A stretch of DNA of 63,987 nucleotides, counting the filler, from Microthyrium microscopicum (Eukaryota), in the NCBI GenBank assembly GCA_010405405.1. It is 5 parts of 4 records of this genome, joined end to end, with 100 filler letters (N's around TTAATTAATTAA, not from the genome) between each part and the next. Parts side by side here need not be neighbours in the genome. Positions count along the whole stretch, not along the records: positions 1 to 28,565 come from MU004231.1; positions 28,666 to 57,592 come from MU004232.1; 3 more parts are not named here. One strand, 5' to 3'. The notes beneath the pieces are model-generated. The model was not told where the DNA came from. It ran no database searches and saw only the letters and a program-made list of their open reading frames with translations. Positions 26,855 through 40,968 of the stretch are shown here, piece after piece; within the stretch, counting starts at the first letter, position 1; each line of letters opens with the position of its first letter. The position numbers and the translations under genes are program-made.

Positions 26855-28565
26855 AGAATTAATAAATCTAATAATAATAGAAAATAATAGCTAAATAGAA
26901 TCCTATAATTTACCTTAATTTAACCTCTTATATTAATATAGCGTAATGTAGAAATAGCTTAATATAACTTATCTCCTTTTATCCTTTTTATATAGTCCTT
27001 AGAATAGCCTATTTAATAAGAACTAATAATAATAGCTAAATAAGTTTTAAGAATATAGCCTTTATATATACTTAGCGTATACTATATTAGTTAAGAGTTA
27101 AAAAGTAATAAAAAACACTACTAGGATTAGTCTTAATACTAATATCTTTTATATATTATATAGTATAACTTTTAAAATATTATCTTCTTTTCTTATTATT
27201 CTATATAATCTACTTCTTATCCTCTACTATATTTATCTAAAGTTCTACTAATTATATATTTTTATTAGAATACCTATATATTTAGTAATCTTTATTATAA
27301 TATTATATTTATTAGATTCTTACTATTACTTTACTTTAATATTTAAATCTTAATAATATATTTTATATATAATATAACTTCTTAGGTAAGCCTATACTAA
27401 GTTAATAAAATTATAATAAATTTAGTAAGGTAAAGTAATATTATAAAAAGTAAAATAAAGAATAAGCTTATAAAAGCTTATAAAGGTTAAGATATAAAGA
27501 GAAGTAAGGCTAAGTAAACTACTATATATATTTTCCTAGTTTATAATTTACTTTTATTAGATTCTAATTTATATATTCTTCTTTACTAAGAATAATAGAC
27601 TTCTATTATAAGACTCTATAGCTTAAGACTTTTTAAGCTATAATAAATAAAATAAAATAGACTTTATAAAGTAGATATCTAATACTAATATAATATACTC
27701 TAAATATACTTACTAAACTAAATATTAGCTAATATAATAATTACCTACTAGCTAGATAAATAAATAAAGTTTTTAGACCTAACTAAGTAAATATAAGTTA
27801 AAAGTACTACTATTAAGCAAAATAGTACTTATAAATCTAGAGGTACTAATAAACTCTAAGCCTTAAACTCTAAGTTAGGCTTACTTAACTATCTAAAAAC
27901 TAGCTTAATAATTTCTAAAAGAATAATTCTTATTAAATATTAACTAAGTTATAATTTCTATATAGTATTAAACGCTACTTCTAATAAAGCTCTAAAAGCT
28001 ACTTAAGATATAAGACTTATAAGTACCTTAGATAAGTCTTTTAGTAATAGCTAAGTATTTCTACTATTTATTTATCTAGATTTATCTAGAAAGCTAATAA
28101 ATACTAATAAATATATAAGTCTTAGACTATTCTAAAAACTTCTTCTCTTTACTTTATTAGTTATAGTAATATAATTACTTAGAAAAGCTTAATAGGTAAT
28201 ATAGTATTATATAATATACTAGTATCTATCTCTTTTATTCTATTTTACTTCTACTTTATTATATATATAAGCTAATATAATAGTATTAAAGTAGATTCTT
28301 CTAACTATAATCCTTCTTAAGCTATAAGTAATAAAGACGCTACGCTAAGTTATTTCTATTTATAAAAACTAAGATAAGTATAAATATATAACCTACTACT
28401 TTCTAATATAGACTAAATATCTATTTCTAGCTTAAGTAATTATCTTCTTAGTAATTACCTTATATATAGTATAAATATAAATAGGCTTTCTTTATAATCT
28501 ATATAATTTAGTCTACTAGTTTCTATACCTTAGTAGCTATATATAGCCTTTAAATAACTATTTCT

Positions 28566-28665
28566 NNNNNNNNNNNNNNNNNNNNNNNNNNNNNNNNNNN
28601 NNNNNNNNNTTAATTAATTAANNNNNNNNNNNNNNNNNNNNNNNNNNNNNNNNNNNNNNNNNNNN
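28566..28665. other. Artificial scaffold spacer N44-TTAATTAATTAA-N44
   Basis: The same 100-nt six-frame-stop linker recurs at 57593-57692, 59319-59418 and 62442-62541. Confidence 0.95.
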
Positions 28666-31489
28666 GATATAAAAATATAGATAGATTCCTATAATATAAG
28701 ATATATAACTATTTCTATATAATTTAAATTATTAACTTATTTATATATAAATTATAATAAACTATTATATTATTCTATAAAATACTTTCTAAACTTAATT
28801 CTCTTAATATCTTCTACCTTATTAAACCTACCTCTATAGCCTCTATTATTTAATATAATATCTTTTATATAATACTTATAAATAGAAATCTTAATAAAGC
28901 TCTTAAAATTATAGTAAAATTAATAGTATAGATATTTATTATAGAAGTTAAGTAAATAATATTTAGTAAGCCTAGATAGAAGCTACCTAAATTTAAATAA
29001 ATATAGTTAGTATATAGAATATAGAGTAGTACTACTATATACTAATACTATATAAAGATTATCCTTTATAATAAAACCTTTTATCTTAAGAAATAATATA
29101 CTTATAAGTACTATAGACTTAATACTTCTTTAATTAATTATATATACTAGTCTCCTTAGTATACTAATTTTAATATAGTTAATAAGGCATATTTAATTAA
29201 TATTCTAAGATCTAAAGGTTAATATAAGTAGTCTAGCTTTATTAATTAGCTCTTCCTAAACCTTTAAATATAGAGAGATTATCTAAGCCTTCTATTTAAA
29301 GTTTATCCTAGTTAATATTTTCCTACTATACTTAAAAAAGTTAATAAGATACCTAATTAGAAGGATTTTAGCTATTATAAATTTATTAAGGCATTATATA
29401 GTATATTAAATAACTAGAAACTAACTAGCCTTAATAAGTAGAATAAACTTAGTATATAGTTAAGAAATACTATACTCTAAAAAGTATTTATTATACTAAA
29501 TATTATACCTATTTATAATAGTAGTAAGTTTCTTAAAACTATAAAGCTTAGTAAAGAAGCTAAAAAAACTAGATAATATATTTTTTATTCTTTTTAATTA
29601 GAGCTATTTTTTGCTATATATATTAATATTCTTAATACTAACGCTTTTACTTTACTAAAAGAAATATATAATAACTCCTATACTATTATAGTTAGTAAAT
29701 TAAATTAAGTAGTAACTAATACTATAATTACTAAGGCTAACGAAGCTAGTATACTTTTAATTACTAATCTAAGACTTTTATCTTAACTAGAAGTAATTAG
29801 TTTTAGTTAGAAAGATTAATATCTTTATTATTATTATAGTATATAATACCTATATAGTATATATAGAAGATTAGTACTATATAGTAAGTATCTTTAGTAC
29901 TATAAAGCTATTAATAATTTTATTCTTAGCTTAGACTACTAGTAAGATTTTCTTATAGCTAAACTAATTATATATCTATATACTATAAGTAATATCTAAT
30001 CTAAATAAGCTATATAGTTTATTAAAATAAGTAATAATAATAACCTATTAAGAATAGTATTATTTATTAATAGAAGCTATAAAGAATTAGATAATAATAA
30101 ACTTAAGTTAATATTTCTTAGAGATATAGATAATATATTAATAAATTTTAATAATACTAATTAATAAGATTCTAGGTTTACTTATTTAAACTAGACTTAA
30201 TATAATAAGGTAGGTTATTAGCTAGGATTAGATAACTAAAATTATAAATATTTAATAGCTAGTAATTTATAGTATATATAATAGAACTTAGTTTAATAAA
30301 TATCTAGATTAGTATTTATAATAAAAGAAGTAGAAAATATTATCTTAATAAAAGATAATTTATATCTAACTAGTAATAATAGGTTTACTAGTAAAGAAAA
30401 GTTTACTAAATCTAATATATCTCTATTAGATTTATAAATAATCTATTATAGCTAATCTACCTAAAAGATTAATAATATTTAAATATTTAATAAAGACGTA
30501 TTAAAATAACTAAGACGCTAAAAATAATATATATAAAAGAAAGATAAGTTTATATATAATATATATATAAATAGTATAAAATACTAAAATTAAATATTCT
30601 TTATATTAGGTATAAAATTTATTCTAAACTTTTAATATAGAACTCTAATCTATTATAAAGTAAATATATAACCTAAAATAATAACTTATATATATTTACT
30701 ACTACTATATTAAAAGTTTAAAGTTAATAAAATATATAGAGCTAAACTTCCTAAAACTACTTCTTATTTCTATTACTAATATACTTAATATAAGTATTTT
30801 TAATTCCTTATTCCTTTAAAGTCCTAAGTAAAACCCTTTACTTTCTTATATTACTATAGACTTAATACTTCCTATTTTTACCTTTAAGTTAAATTATATA
30901 CTAGATAACTAAATATAACTCTAAGTATAAATATCTTTAATAATAAGTAAAGACTATATAGGCTTAGTAAAGATAGCTTAAGTAGTACTTTTAATAGATA
31001 GAAGTTATATACTTAGATAAAATAATTATTTAAAATAAAGAAATTTACTTAATAAGAATTATAATACTAATAGTTATAATATTATATAGAATCTATTTAA
31101 ATTTATAACTTTAAAAAATAGTATTTCTAGTTAATATCCTAATAATATATATTACTAAAGTAATAGGATAACTATAAGTATTAATAAATAAGATTAAGCT
31201 ATTTTACTATTATTAGCTATAAGAATAAATAAATCTAGTTAAATAAAGATATACGTAAGTAAAAATTAATAACCTACTTATTAGATAATAAGGTAATAGT
31301 AAAATATAATATCTAGTAGCTTTTACGTAGTAGTAGAAATATTAGCTAATATATTATAACTAGTACTAATATAAAAGGAACCTAAAAGATTTACTACTAA
31401 ATAGGCTATATTAAAGATAGTTAATAGTAAGATAAATAATAATATAAAAATATATAGTATAAAGTAATAAAAGACTAATTATACTTACT
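28666..31489 (+). repeat. Partial, independently RIPed copy of the 20-kb unit (matches 33041-35864)
   Basis: Same 4375-bp offset at both ends. Differences are mainly transitions in both directions. Bounded by gaps on both sides. Confidence 0.95.
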
Positions 31490-33156
31490 NNNNNNNNNNT
31501 AGTTTATTAGAGAACTTTATTATTAAGTATATACGCGCTAAGTATTTTATAAGTACTATATATTATATTAAAATAAGATAAAATTACTAAAACGACCTAA
31601 AGTAGAAGCTATTAACCTTTAGAGGAACTACTCTCTAGATTTCTTTCTATAAAAGGTTAGATGTCTAATAGATAAAGAGGCTATAAGACTAAAAGGACTT
31701 AATATTTCTATTATCTCTTAACTAATTTAGTATAGATTTATAGTTATAGTAATTAAAGAGTCTAATAAGTCTATAGTATTAATATTAGCTACTAAAATAT
31801 AATCTAATAGATAATTTACTCTATTTTTAATAGACTTTTTAGATTCTACTATATAGCTACCTAGTACAAAACTAGCATAGTATAAGCTATTTTATTAATA
31901 ATTTATTACTTAAGCTATTAATATATATAAGGAGATCTAGACTATTATTAGTCTAGATAAGGTATTAATTATAAAGAAAAGGTAATAATTCTTCTTAGCT
32001 ATTATATATATTATTAAGTCTTATATTTAGATATTCTTAAAGACTAAGAATATTAGGTTTACCCTAAAAGTAAATATAGTTACTCTAAGGCAATATATAC
32101 TACCTAACTATATACTAACTTTATAGTAAAAGTTTAGGTATATAATTATTATATTTAGCTAAACCCTTATTAATAAACTAGATATATTCTAAAACCTTTA
32201 GCTTTAAAGTATATAACTAGTAGCATTAGGTTAGAAACGTAGTAATAAAATTATATAACAAAAAGTATATTACTTTATTAGAGCTAATTCTAATAAAATT
32301 ATATAAGTATTTAAAGATAATAAGGAAGTCTAACTATAAGTCTAAGTTCTTAAGTAGAATAAGTAAACCTATTTAGTAGTATAGGCAGAATAAGTTATTA
32401 ACTTAAATAGTACCTAATTCTTTAAACTAGACGTAGCTAATATTAAAGTACCTATATATAAAATACTTTCTTATTATACGCTATAGCTTATATAATATAC
32501 TTAATAAATTATTAATAAGTATCTTAATAAGGATAAGTTAGATATAACTAATTATACTAAAAGTATATAGTTAGAAGATATTATTCTCTTTAACGTACTT
32601 ATAATACCTTTAATATACCTTCTTACTAACTTAGAGTTATATATAGAAGAATAGAAGCTAAGTAGCTAGTAAAATAATTATACAAATATGCTTACTAAGA
32701 TTCTAGAATAGATTAAAGGACTAGTTAGTATACTTAGACCTTAACTAACTAAAAACTAAATTTAGCGTATAATTAATTAATTAGCTAATAAAATATCTAT
32801 ATTAGATTTTAATTATATAAATAACATGCTATAAATAAAGATTAACTATTAGTAAATAGTCCTTATTTAGAACTCTAGTACGAAATTAGAAAACTTATTA
32901 TTAACTATATTAGGCATAAAAAAGCGTACCTAATAGGTACGAATTACTATTTATTCTTATAGAGCCTAAGACTAAGTTAATATAGCCTTAGTAGTAGATA
33001 GGAGTTTAGTATATATATAATAAGAATAAATATATATCTAGACGTAAAAACGTAGATAGATTCCTATAATATAAGATATATAACTATTTCTATATAATTT
33101 AAATTATTAACTTATTTATATATAAGTTATAATAAACTATTATATTATTCTATAAA

Positions 33157-34960
33157 ATGCCTTTTAGACCTAATTCTCCTAATATCCTTTACCTTATTAA
33201 ACCTACCTTTATAGCCTTTATTATCTAATATAATATCTTTTGCGTAGTACTTATAAATAGAAACCTTAATAAAGCCCTTAAAATTATAGTAGAATTAGCA
33301 GTATAGGCATTTATTATAGAAGTTAAGTAAATAATACTTAGTAAGCCTAGATAAAAGCTACCTAGATTTAAATAAATATAGTTAGTATATAGAATATAGG
33401 GTAATACTACTATATACTAGTACTATATAGAGACTATCCTTTATAGTAAGACCTTTTACCTTAAGAAATAATATACTTATAAGTACTATAGACTTAATAC
33501 TTCCTTAATTAATTATATATACTAGTCTTCTTAGTACATTAATTTTAATATAGCTAATAAGGCATATTTAATTAATATTCTAGGATCTAAAGGTTAATAT
33601 AAGTAGCTTAGCTTTATTAATTAGCTCTTCTTAGATCTTTAAATATAGAGAGATTATCTAGGCCTTCTATTTAAAGTTTATCCTAGTTAATATTTTCCTA
33701 CTATACTTAAGGAAGTTAATAGAATGCCTAATTAGAAGGATTTTAGTTACTATAAATTTATTAAGGCACTATATAGTATATTAAATAACTAGGAACTAAC
33801 TAGCCTTAATGAGTAAAACAAACTTAGTATATAGTTAAGAGATACTATACTCTAAAAGGTATCTATTATACTAAACATTATACTTATTTATAATAGTAGT
33901 AAGTTTCTTAAAACTATAAAGCCTAGTAAAGAGGCTAAGAAAACTAGATAACGTATTCCTTATTCTTTTTAATTAGGGCTATTTTTTGCTATATATATTA
34001 ACATTCTTAATACTAATACTTTTACTTTACTAAAAGAGATATATAATAACTTCTATACTATTATAGCTAGCAGATTAAATTAAGTAGCAACTAATACTAT
34101 AATTACTAAGGCTAATAAAGCTAGTATACTTTTAGTTACTAATCTAGGACTTTTGTCTTAACTAGAAGTAGTTAGTTTTAGTTAAAAGGACTAGCATCTT
34201 TATTATTATTATAGTGTATAATACCTATATAGTATATATAAGAGATTAGTACTATATAGCAAGTATCTTTAGTACTATAAAGCTATTAATAATTTTATTC
34301 TTAGCTTAGACTACTAGTAAGATCTTTTTATAGCTAAACTAATTATATGTCTATATACTATAAGTAATATCTAATCTAGATAAGTTATATAGTTTATTAA
34401 AATAAGTAATAATAATAACTTATTAAAAATAGCATTATTTATTAGTAGAGGCTATAGAGAATTAGATAATAATAAACCTAAGTTAATGTATCTTAGAAAT
34501 ATAAATAATACGTTAATAAATTTTAATAACGCTAATTAATAAGATTCTAAGTCTACCTATTTAAACTAGACTTAATATAATAAGGTAGGTTGCTAGCTAG
34601 GATTAGATAACTAAAATTATAAATATCTAATAGCTAGTAATTTATAGTATATATAATAGGACTTAGTCTAATAAGTATCTAGATTAGTACTTATAATAGA
34701 AGAAGTAAAAAATATTATATTAATAGAAAATAATTTGCATCTAACTAGTAATAAAGAGTTTACTAGTAAAGAAAGGTTTACTAAATCTAGTATACCTCTA
34801 TTAGATTTATAGATAGTCTATTATAGCTAATCTATCTAAAAGATAGATAATATTTAAATACTTAATAAAGACGTATTAAAATAACTAAGACGCTAAAAAC
34901 AACGTATATAAAAGAAAGGTAAGTTTATATATAATATATATATAAATAGTATAGAATACT
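33157..34960 (+). pseudogene. ~600-codon ORF relic of unknown function with a possible Cys/His cluster
   Basis: ATG at 33157 opens a frame that reads as plausible protein after de-RIP. A TAT-rich cluster at ~34195-34280 could be Cys/His. Copies start at ~28782 and 53439. Confidence 0.4.
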
Positions 34961-37059
34961 AAAATTAAATATTCTTTATAGTAAATATAAGATTTATTCT
35001 AAACTTTTAATATAGAACTCTAATTCGCTATAAAGTAAATATATAACCTAAAATAATAACTCGTATATATTTATTACTACTATATTAAGAGTTTAAAGTT
35101 AATAAAATATATAGAGCTAAACTCCCTAAAACTACCTTCTATTCTTATTACTAATATACTTAATATAAGCATTTTTAATTCCTTATTCCTTTATAGTCCT
35201 AGGTAAAACCCTTTACTCTCTTATATTACTATAGACTTAATACTTCCTACTCTTACCTTTAAGTTAAATTGTATACTAGATAACTAAATATAATTCTAAG
35301 TATAAATATCTTTAATAATAAGTAGAGACTATATAAGCTTAGTAAGGATAGCTTAAGTAGCGCTTTTAATAGATAGAGGTTATATACCTAAATAAAATAA
35401 TTATTTAAGATAAGGAAATTTGCCTAATAAGAATTATAATACTAGTAGTTATAATATTATATAGAAGCTATTTAAATTTATAACCTTAAAAAATAGTATT
35501 TCTAGTTAATATCCTAATAATATATATTACTAAGTTAATAGAATAACTATAAGTATTAATAGATAAGATTAGGCTATTTTACTATTATTAGCTATAAGAA
35601 TAAGTAAATCTAGTTAGATAAAGGTATATATAGATAAAAATTAATAACCTACTTATTAAATAATAGAGTAATAGCGAAATATAATATCTAGTAGCTCTTA
35701 TATAGTAGTAGAAACATTAGCTAATATATCGTAACTAGTACTAATATAAAAGGAACCTAAAAGATTTACTACTAAATAGGCTATATTAGAGATAATTAAT
35801 AGTAAAATAAATAATAACGTAGAAATATATAGTATAAAGTAATAAAAGACTAATTATACTTACTTCCTTATAAGAGATAACTAATAACTAATAAATATAT
35901 AGTAAGTCTAACTAACTAGTAGAACTAAGTTGTTATATAACTTAAGGAAGTAAAGTTTAACTATAATAATATTATAATAATATTATACTTAAAGGATATA
36001 CTCCTAGGTATCTCCTCCTATAGATAGGTCCTAAGAGTTTTAAAATATTAGTAAATTACTTAAGAGTAGTAAATATAAAGATATATTAGACGTTAATAAT
36101 ATAAGTAATAAAACTAAACTAGAAGATAGCAAAAGTAGCGTTAAGCTAAGTAGTAAAGAAGAGAGTAGACTAAATAGTATAAAAGAATATAAAGTCTCTA
36201 ACAATTTTATAGTAGATATATAAATCTAAATATAATTAGATTAAATATACCTAAATATAACTAGATAATCTAAATACTAATAAACCTAATCTCTCTAATA
36301 ACTCTTAAACTAACATTATAAAAGACTATAAAATAATCTTAATTAATAATAATAATACTAGCAAAGTAGATAACTCTAATAATAATAATAAATAATATAT
36401 ATTATAAAACTATAATTAATCTAAAAATATTATATAAACTAAGACTATAAGCTACCTTCTCTATATATAGATTCTATAATAACCTAAAAATAAATAAATA
36501 ACTTTATTAAAAAAGAGTTAGATATAAATAAATTAATTAGAGATAAAACTAATATACCTATATATATAATAGGACATCTATAGCTATAATACTATAATAA
36601 ACTAGAATTATACTATATACTATATAACTAGTATTATATTATTTACTACCTTAATAGTAAGGAAAGATAAATAGTTAGTTATAGTATTAATAGCTTCTAT
36701 AAATACTTAATAGAAATAAAAGGTAAAATAAAATAGTCTAAAGTAAGATAGAAAATAGTAGAATTATACTATAACCTATATAGACTTCTTAGCAATTATT
36801 AGTTAAGATTATAGAACCTATCTAACTAAAGTAGATATAATAATATATAGCTATAATATAATAGTTTATAATAGAGAATAGAATAGATAATATAAATATA
36901 TAGGATAATATTTTATAAAGTAGTAATAAGATATATACTAACTATAATATCTAAGTAGGTATAGTTATAGTTATAAATATAAAAATATAATAATAATAAT
37001 AAATATAATAAGTATATATTTTATACTACTTTATATATAATAATATAGTATATAACTAA

Positions 37060-37710
37060 TATAGGATATATAAAAACTATAACCTAATAATAGTATATAT
37101 TATACTAAAAAATATTATTAAGTAACTATTAGATAAAGCTAACTATATTTATAGACTATAAGTATAATATTAAATTATATAATAAAGAGCTAGTTAAAAA
37201 CTATAACTATAAAATATACTACTATTATAGTACCTAAATATACCTTCTAATATAACTATAGTAGAGAGAAATATATATATAATAAAGAGTTATATTAAAA
37301 CTATAACTCTAAAATTTACTATAAATATAATAGCTAAAAATATATAGAATAGGTAGAATTATATATATAATAAAAAACTATATAAAACCTATAACCTTAA
37401 AATATATAACTATTATAATAGCTAAAAAAGTCTAGTAATAGAATAATAAAGAGAAATATATATCTAAATAAAGAGCTATATAAAAATTATAATCCTAAAA
37501 TAACTAAATTTATATATAAGAAAAATAGCTCTAAGAAAAGAATAGTAGAAAGGAATATATATCTAATAAAAGGCTATATAAAGACTATAACCTTAAAATA
37601 ACTAAATTTATATATAGAAAAAATAGCTCTAGAAAAAAAATAGTAAAAAGGAATATATATCTAATAAAGGGCTATATAAAGACTATAACCCTAAAATAAC
37701 TAAATATTTA
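37060..37710 (+). repeat. ~98-bp degenerate tandem array carrying the AAAACTATAACCYTAAAAT motif
   Basis: Motif core at 37077, 37201, 37301, 37389, 37487, 37585 and 37683. Confidence 0.9.
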
Positions 37711-38249
37711 TAAGGTTATAATCTTTACTTAATAATTTAAAGCTAAAACTTACTTTCTAATATTTCTAGGTTATAGCTTTTAAATAGTACTTTTAATATA
37801 AAGTATATTATTAAAAATATTTACTTATTTAGGCTAGTAAAGCCTCCTTTATTACCTATTATTACTATAATAAAAAGTAGCTATATATATTTAATTTACT
37901 TATTACTTTCTAAAATAGTAGTCTACTATAAAGCTTAGTATTATAAAATATTTAATCTATATAATTCTTATTATACCTATTTAAAGTAGTATATACTAAG
38001 TATTATATTAAGAAATTAAGGATTATAAAACCTTAAAAATATTAATAGGGCTAGGGTTAAGCTAAAAACCTTTAACTATTTAGTCTTAATTTCCTTTAAA
38101 TCTTCTTTAAACTACTCTATTATTTATTTCTATATTTTAGCTTATATTAATTTTCTAGGTTATAGTTTCTATTAGCCTCTTATAGCTCTTCTACTTACCT
38201 TACTACTTATTCTTAAGTTACTAATAAAATATATAATAATTCTTACTTA

Positions 38250-38510
38250 TTTTCTAGATTATATATTTTAGTAGCCTCTTAACTATTCTAGTAGCTTCTT
38301 CTTTATACTTCCTAGAGTATAATTTCTAATAGATTATTAATATTTTACTAGCTTCTTTTTTCTACTTCCTAAGTTATAGTTTTTAATAACTTATTAGTAT
38401 TTTACTAGCTTTTTCCTTCTACTTCTTAGGTTATAGTTTTTAGTAGCCTATTAGTATTTTACTAGCTTTTTCTTTTTACTTTCTAGGTTATAGTTTTTAG
38501 TAAGCTTTTA
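38250..38510 (-). repeat. 57-bp tandem array carrying the same motif in reverse orientation
   Basis: gttatagtttt at 38373, 38430 and 38487, with weaker units at ~38258 and ~38316. Confidence 0.9.
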
Positions 38511-40259
38511 GTTACTATTCCTTTTTATTCCTACCTTTTTTTAGTTATTATTTCCTTAGTTATATTTTATTTAGATAAGTAAGTAGTTCTTTATTATACC
38601 TAGTAAAATACCTAGTAATAACTACTCTTCTATAAGTATAGCTAAAAGTATATAAGGTTAGCTAGTAACTACTATAAAGAAAGTAAATATAATTAGTAAA
38701 AAAACTAAAGCTTTAGATAAGAAGGTTAAGTCTAATACTACTAAATTAATTATTAACGTTAAACTAACTAAAAAGTAGACTAAGATAACTAAAGCTAAAC
38801 CTACTAAAGCTAAGGTTATAAAGAATAATAGCTAAAAAGTTTAAATAGAATAAATAGTAGATGTTTGTAAGCTAGAGTTAGGTTAGTTTGTACGTAAAAT
38901 ATTAAACTACTAAAAGTTTATATTTTTAGTAGAGAGATACCTCTATACCTCTATAACTCCTCTAATACCTACTTAATAAATATGCTCTAAAGCTTATATT
39001 ACTTAGGTTAACGTTCTTTATTAAATATATATAATTTTATATAATGTAGTACTCTTATTAGGTAGATAGATCTAATAGTATAAAGTTAGGACTTAGTAAA
39101 AATTCTATTATTAAAATGCTATATTAGAGAGACTTAGTAAGGTAACTTACTAATAGAATATAACTTCTCTTTTAACTATTAGTAATAATACCTACTAAAC
39201 TAATACTTAATAGTATAATACTACTTTACTCTATAGCTTTATATATTATTTACTTATACTTGCTTTGTCTAAAGTTAACTCTTTATTTAATTCTAGTAGT
39301 TTTAGTAACTTACTCTAAAGGGCTCTTTAAAAACTATAACCTAGCTTTTTTAATATTTCTCCTAGGCTATAGTTTTTAAGAAGCCTATAGTAATATCTAG
39401 ATTGCTAATATACTACGCTATATTATGCTATACTATAATTAAGCTAAAAGTTAATAGTCTTAAATAAATATATTTACTTTACGTACTATAGTTACTAACT
39501 ATTATAATATAAGACTACTAAATAACTAGGTTATAGACTTTAGATAGCCTTTTAGTACCTTATTATAAGACTAGAATGTAGTAATAATAGGTACTACTCT
39601 AATTTATTATAGTAAATATTAAATAATTTATATATACTAAAGAAGATAGTATAGATAATAATTAAGATATAGAAAATAGAAAAAGAAGTATATTATTATA
39701 GGGTTTACTAGTTCCCTTAACCCTAGCTAAATTCTTACCTAACTCTAAACTAAAATATTACTAACTCTACTCTTTAATACTATTACTTTTTTCTACTTAG
39801 TGATTATAGAAATACTATTCTTCTATATTCCTTAATAATAAACTCTATATAAAAAGAAACTACCTATTCTACTATTAATTATACTAGTTAAAGACTTATA
39901 ATAGTAATATACTACTTGTAAAATATAGTAAAACTATAATAAATATATATATAACTAGTATTTTAATAAATTAGCCCTTAGAGAGATAAGTAAGTTTCTA
40001 AAAGGACTATAAGATATATTAAAGTAGACGCGCTTAATAGAGCTTAATATTAATACTAATCTTATTATACTAACTAACTAAAGTAGCCTAGAATATATCT
40101 TAGAAAAACTTAGAGAGTTATTAAGTAATAAGCTTTTCTATCCTACTAATAATACTACTCTATATATATTTTATATCCTTCTACTACATAAACCTCTTTT
40201 AGGTCTACTATGCTTTTAGTATTAATACTACTTAGATATAAAGACTTAGACTTATAAAA

Positions 40260-40600
40260 TATTAAAGCGTATTAAGATATAGAAGTATAATAATAAGGAC
40301 GAATTTACTAGTCTATATAAGATTAGTAAGTATATTAAAGTAGTTCTTATTATCTAGTATAAAATTACTTTATATTATCCTTATATAATAACTATTTAGT
40401 AAATCGTATTAGCTATAAAATTTAATATACCCTTATTATTTACTTACTATATAACTTTAGCGCTATATCTTATTAGATGTTAATAACTTCTATAGTATAT
40501 TTTTATTCTAAGACTTATATTATCTCTTTAACGTTAATAAAGTTATATATGCTAATTATAAAGGAATTTAGCTATTTAATTTTAATATATCCTAATATCT
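40260..40600 (+). pseudogene. Possible HNH endonuclease (fungal HNH_2-like) domain relic
   Basis: In one frame: CTT TAT ATT ATC CTT at 40368-40382 (=LHIIP) and GAC TTA TAT TAT CTC TTT AAC at 40512-40532 (=DLHHLFD), preceded by an Asn at the expected distance. Confidence 0.5.
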
Positions 40601-40642
40601 ACTTATAATTATTAAGGTTATCTTTACTTAAAAGTACTACGA

Positions 40643-40968
40643 AAGTATATAAAATTACTTCTATCTTTACTAATATAAGGCTAAAAAATAAATAGATAAT
40701 ATATCTATACTTAGCTTATTAAGCTACTTATTTTCTATGTCTTTTTACTATAGTAAAAAAATGTCCTCTATAGGGATTAACTTAGTAACCTTACTACTAC
40801 TAAAGTTACTAAAATATATAAAATTACTTCTATCTCTACTAATATAAGGCTAAAAAATAAATAGATAACGTATCTATACTTAGCTTATTAAGCTACTTAT
40901 TTTCTATATCTTTTTACTATAGTAAAAAAAAACGTTCTTTATAAGGATTAAATAAGTAACTTTACTAC
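40643..40968. repeat. ~169-bp tandem duplication
   Basis: aaaattacttctatct...tttttactatagtaaaaaaa starts at both 40651 and 40820. Confidence 0.95.

Larger units (their letters stand above)
16697..28565. mobile_element. Unclassified RIPed repeat, copy 1 (interrupted by the gypsy element at 19510-26854; right end lost in a gap)
   Basis: 16697-18165, 19282-19509 and 26860-28565 align colinearly with 57850-59318 and 59419-61353, differing mostly by transitions. Confidence 0.85.

Noticed and set aside
28610..28621. TTAATTAATTAA palindrome, also at 57637, 59363 and 62486
   Set aside because: Always centred in N44/N44 gaps. It is an artificial six-frame stop linker, not a piggyBac TTAA site. Contig order and distance across these gaps are uncertain.
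37060..38510. CRISPR-like repeat-spacer appearance of the motif arrays
   Set aside because: The spacers are homologous to each other, the repeats are degenerate, no cas genes are present, and the context is eukaryotic RIPed DNA.
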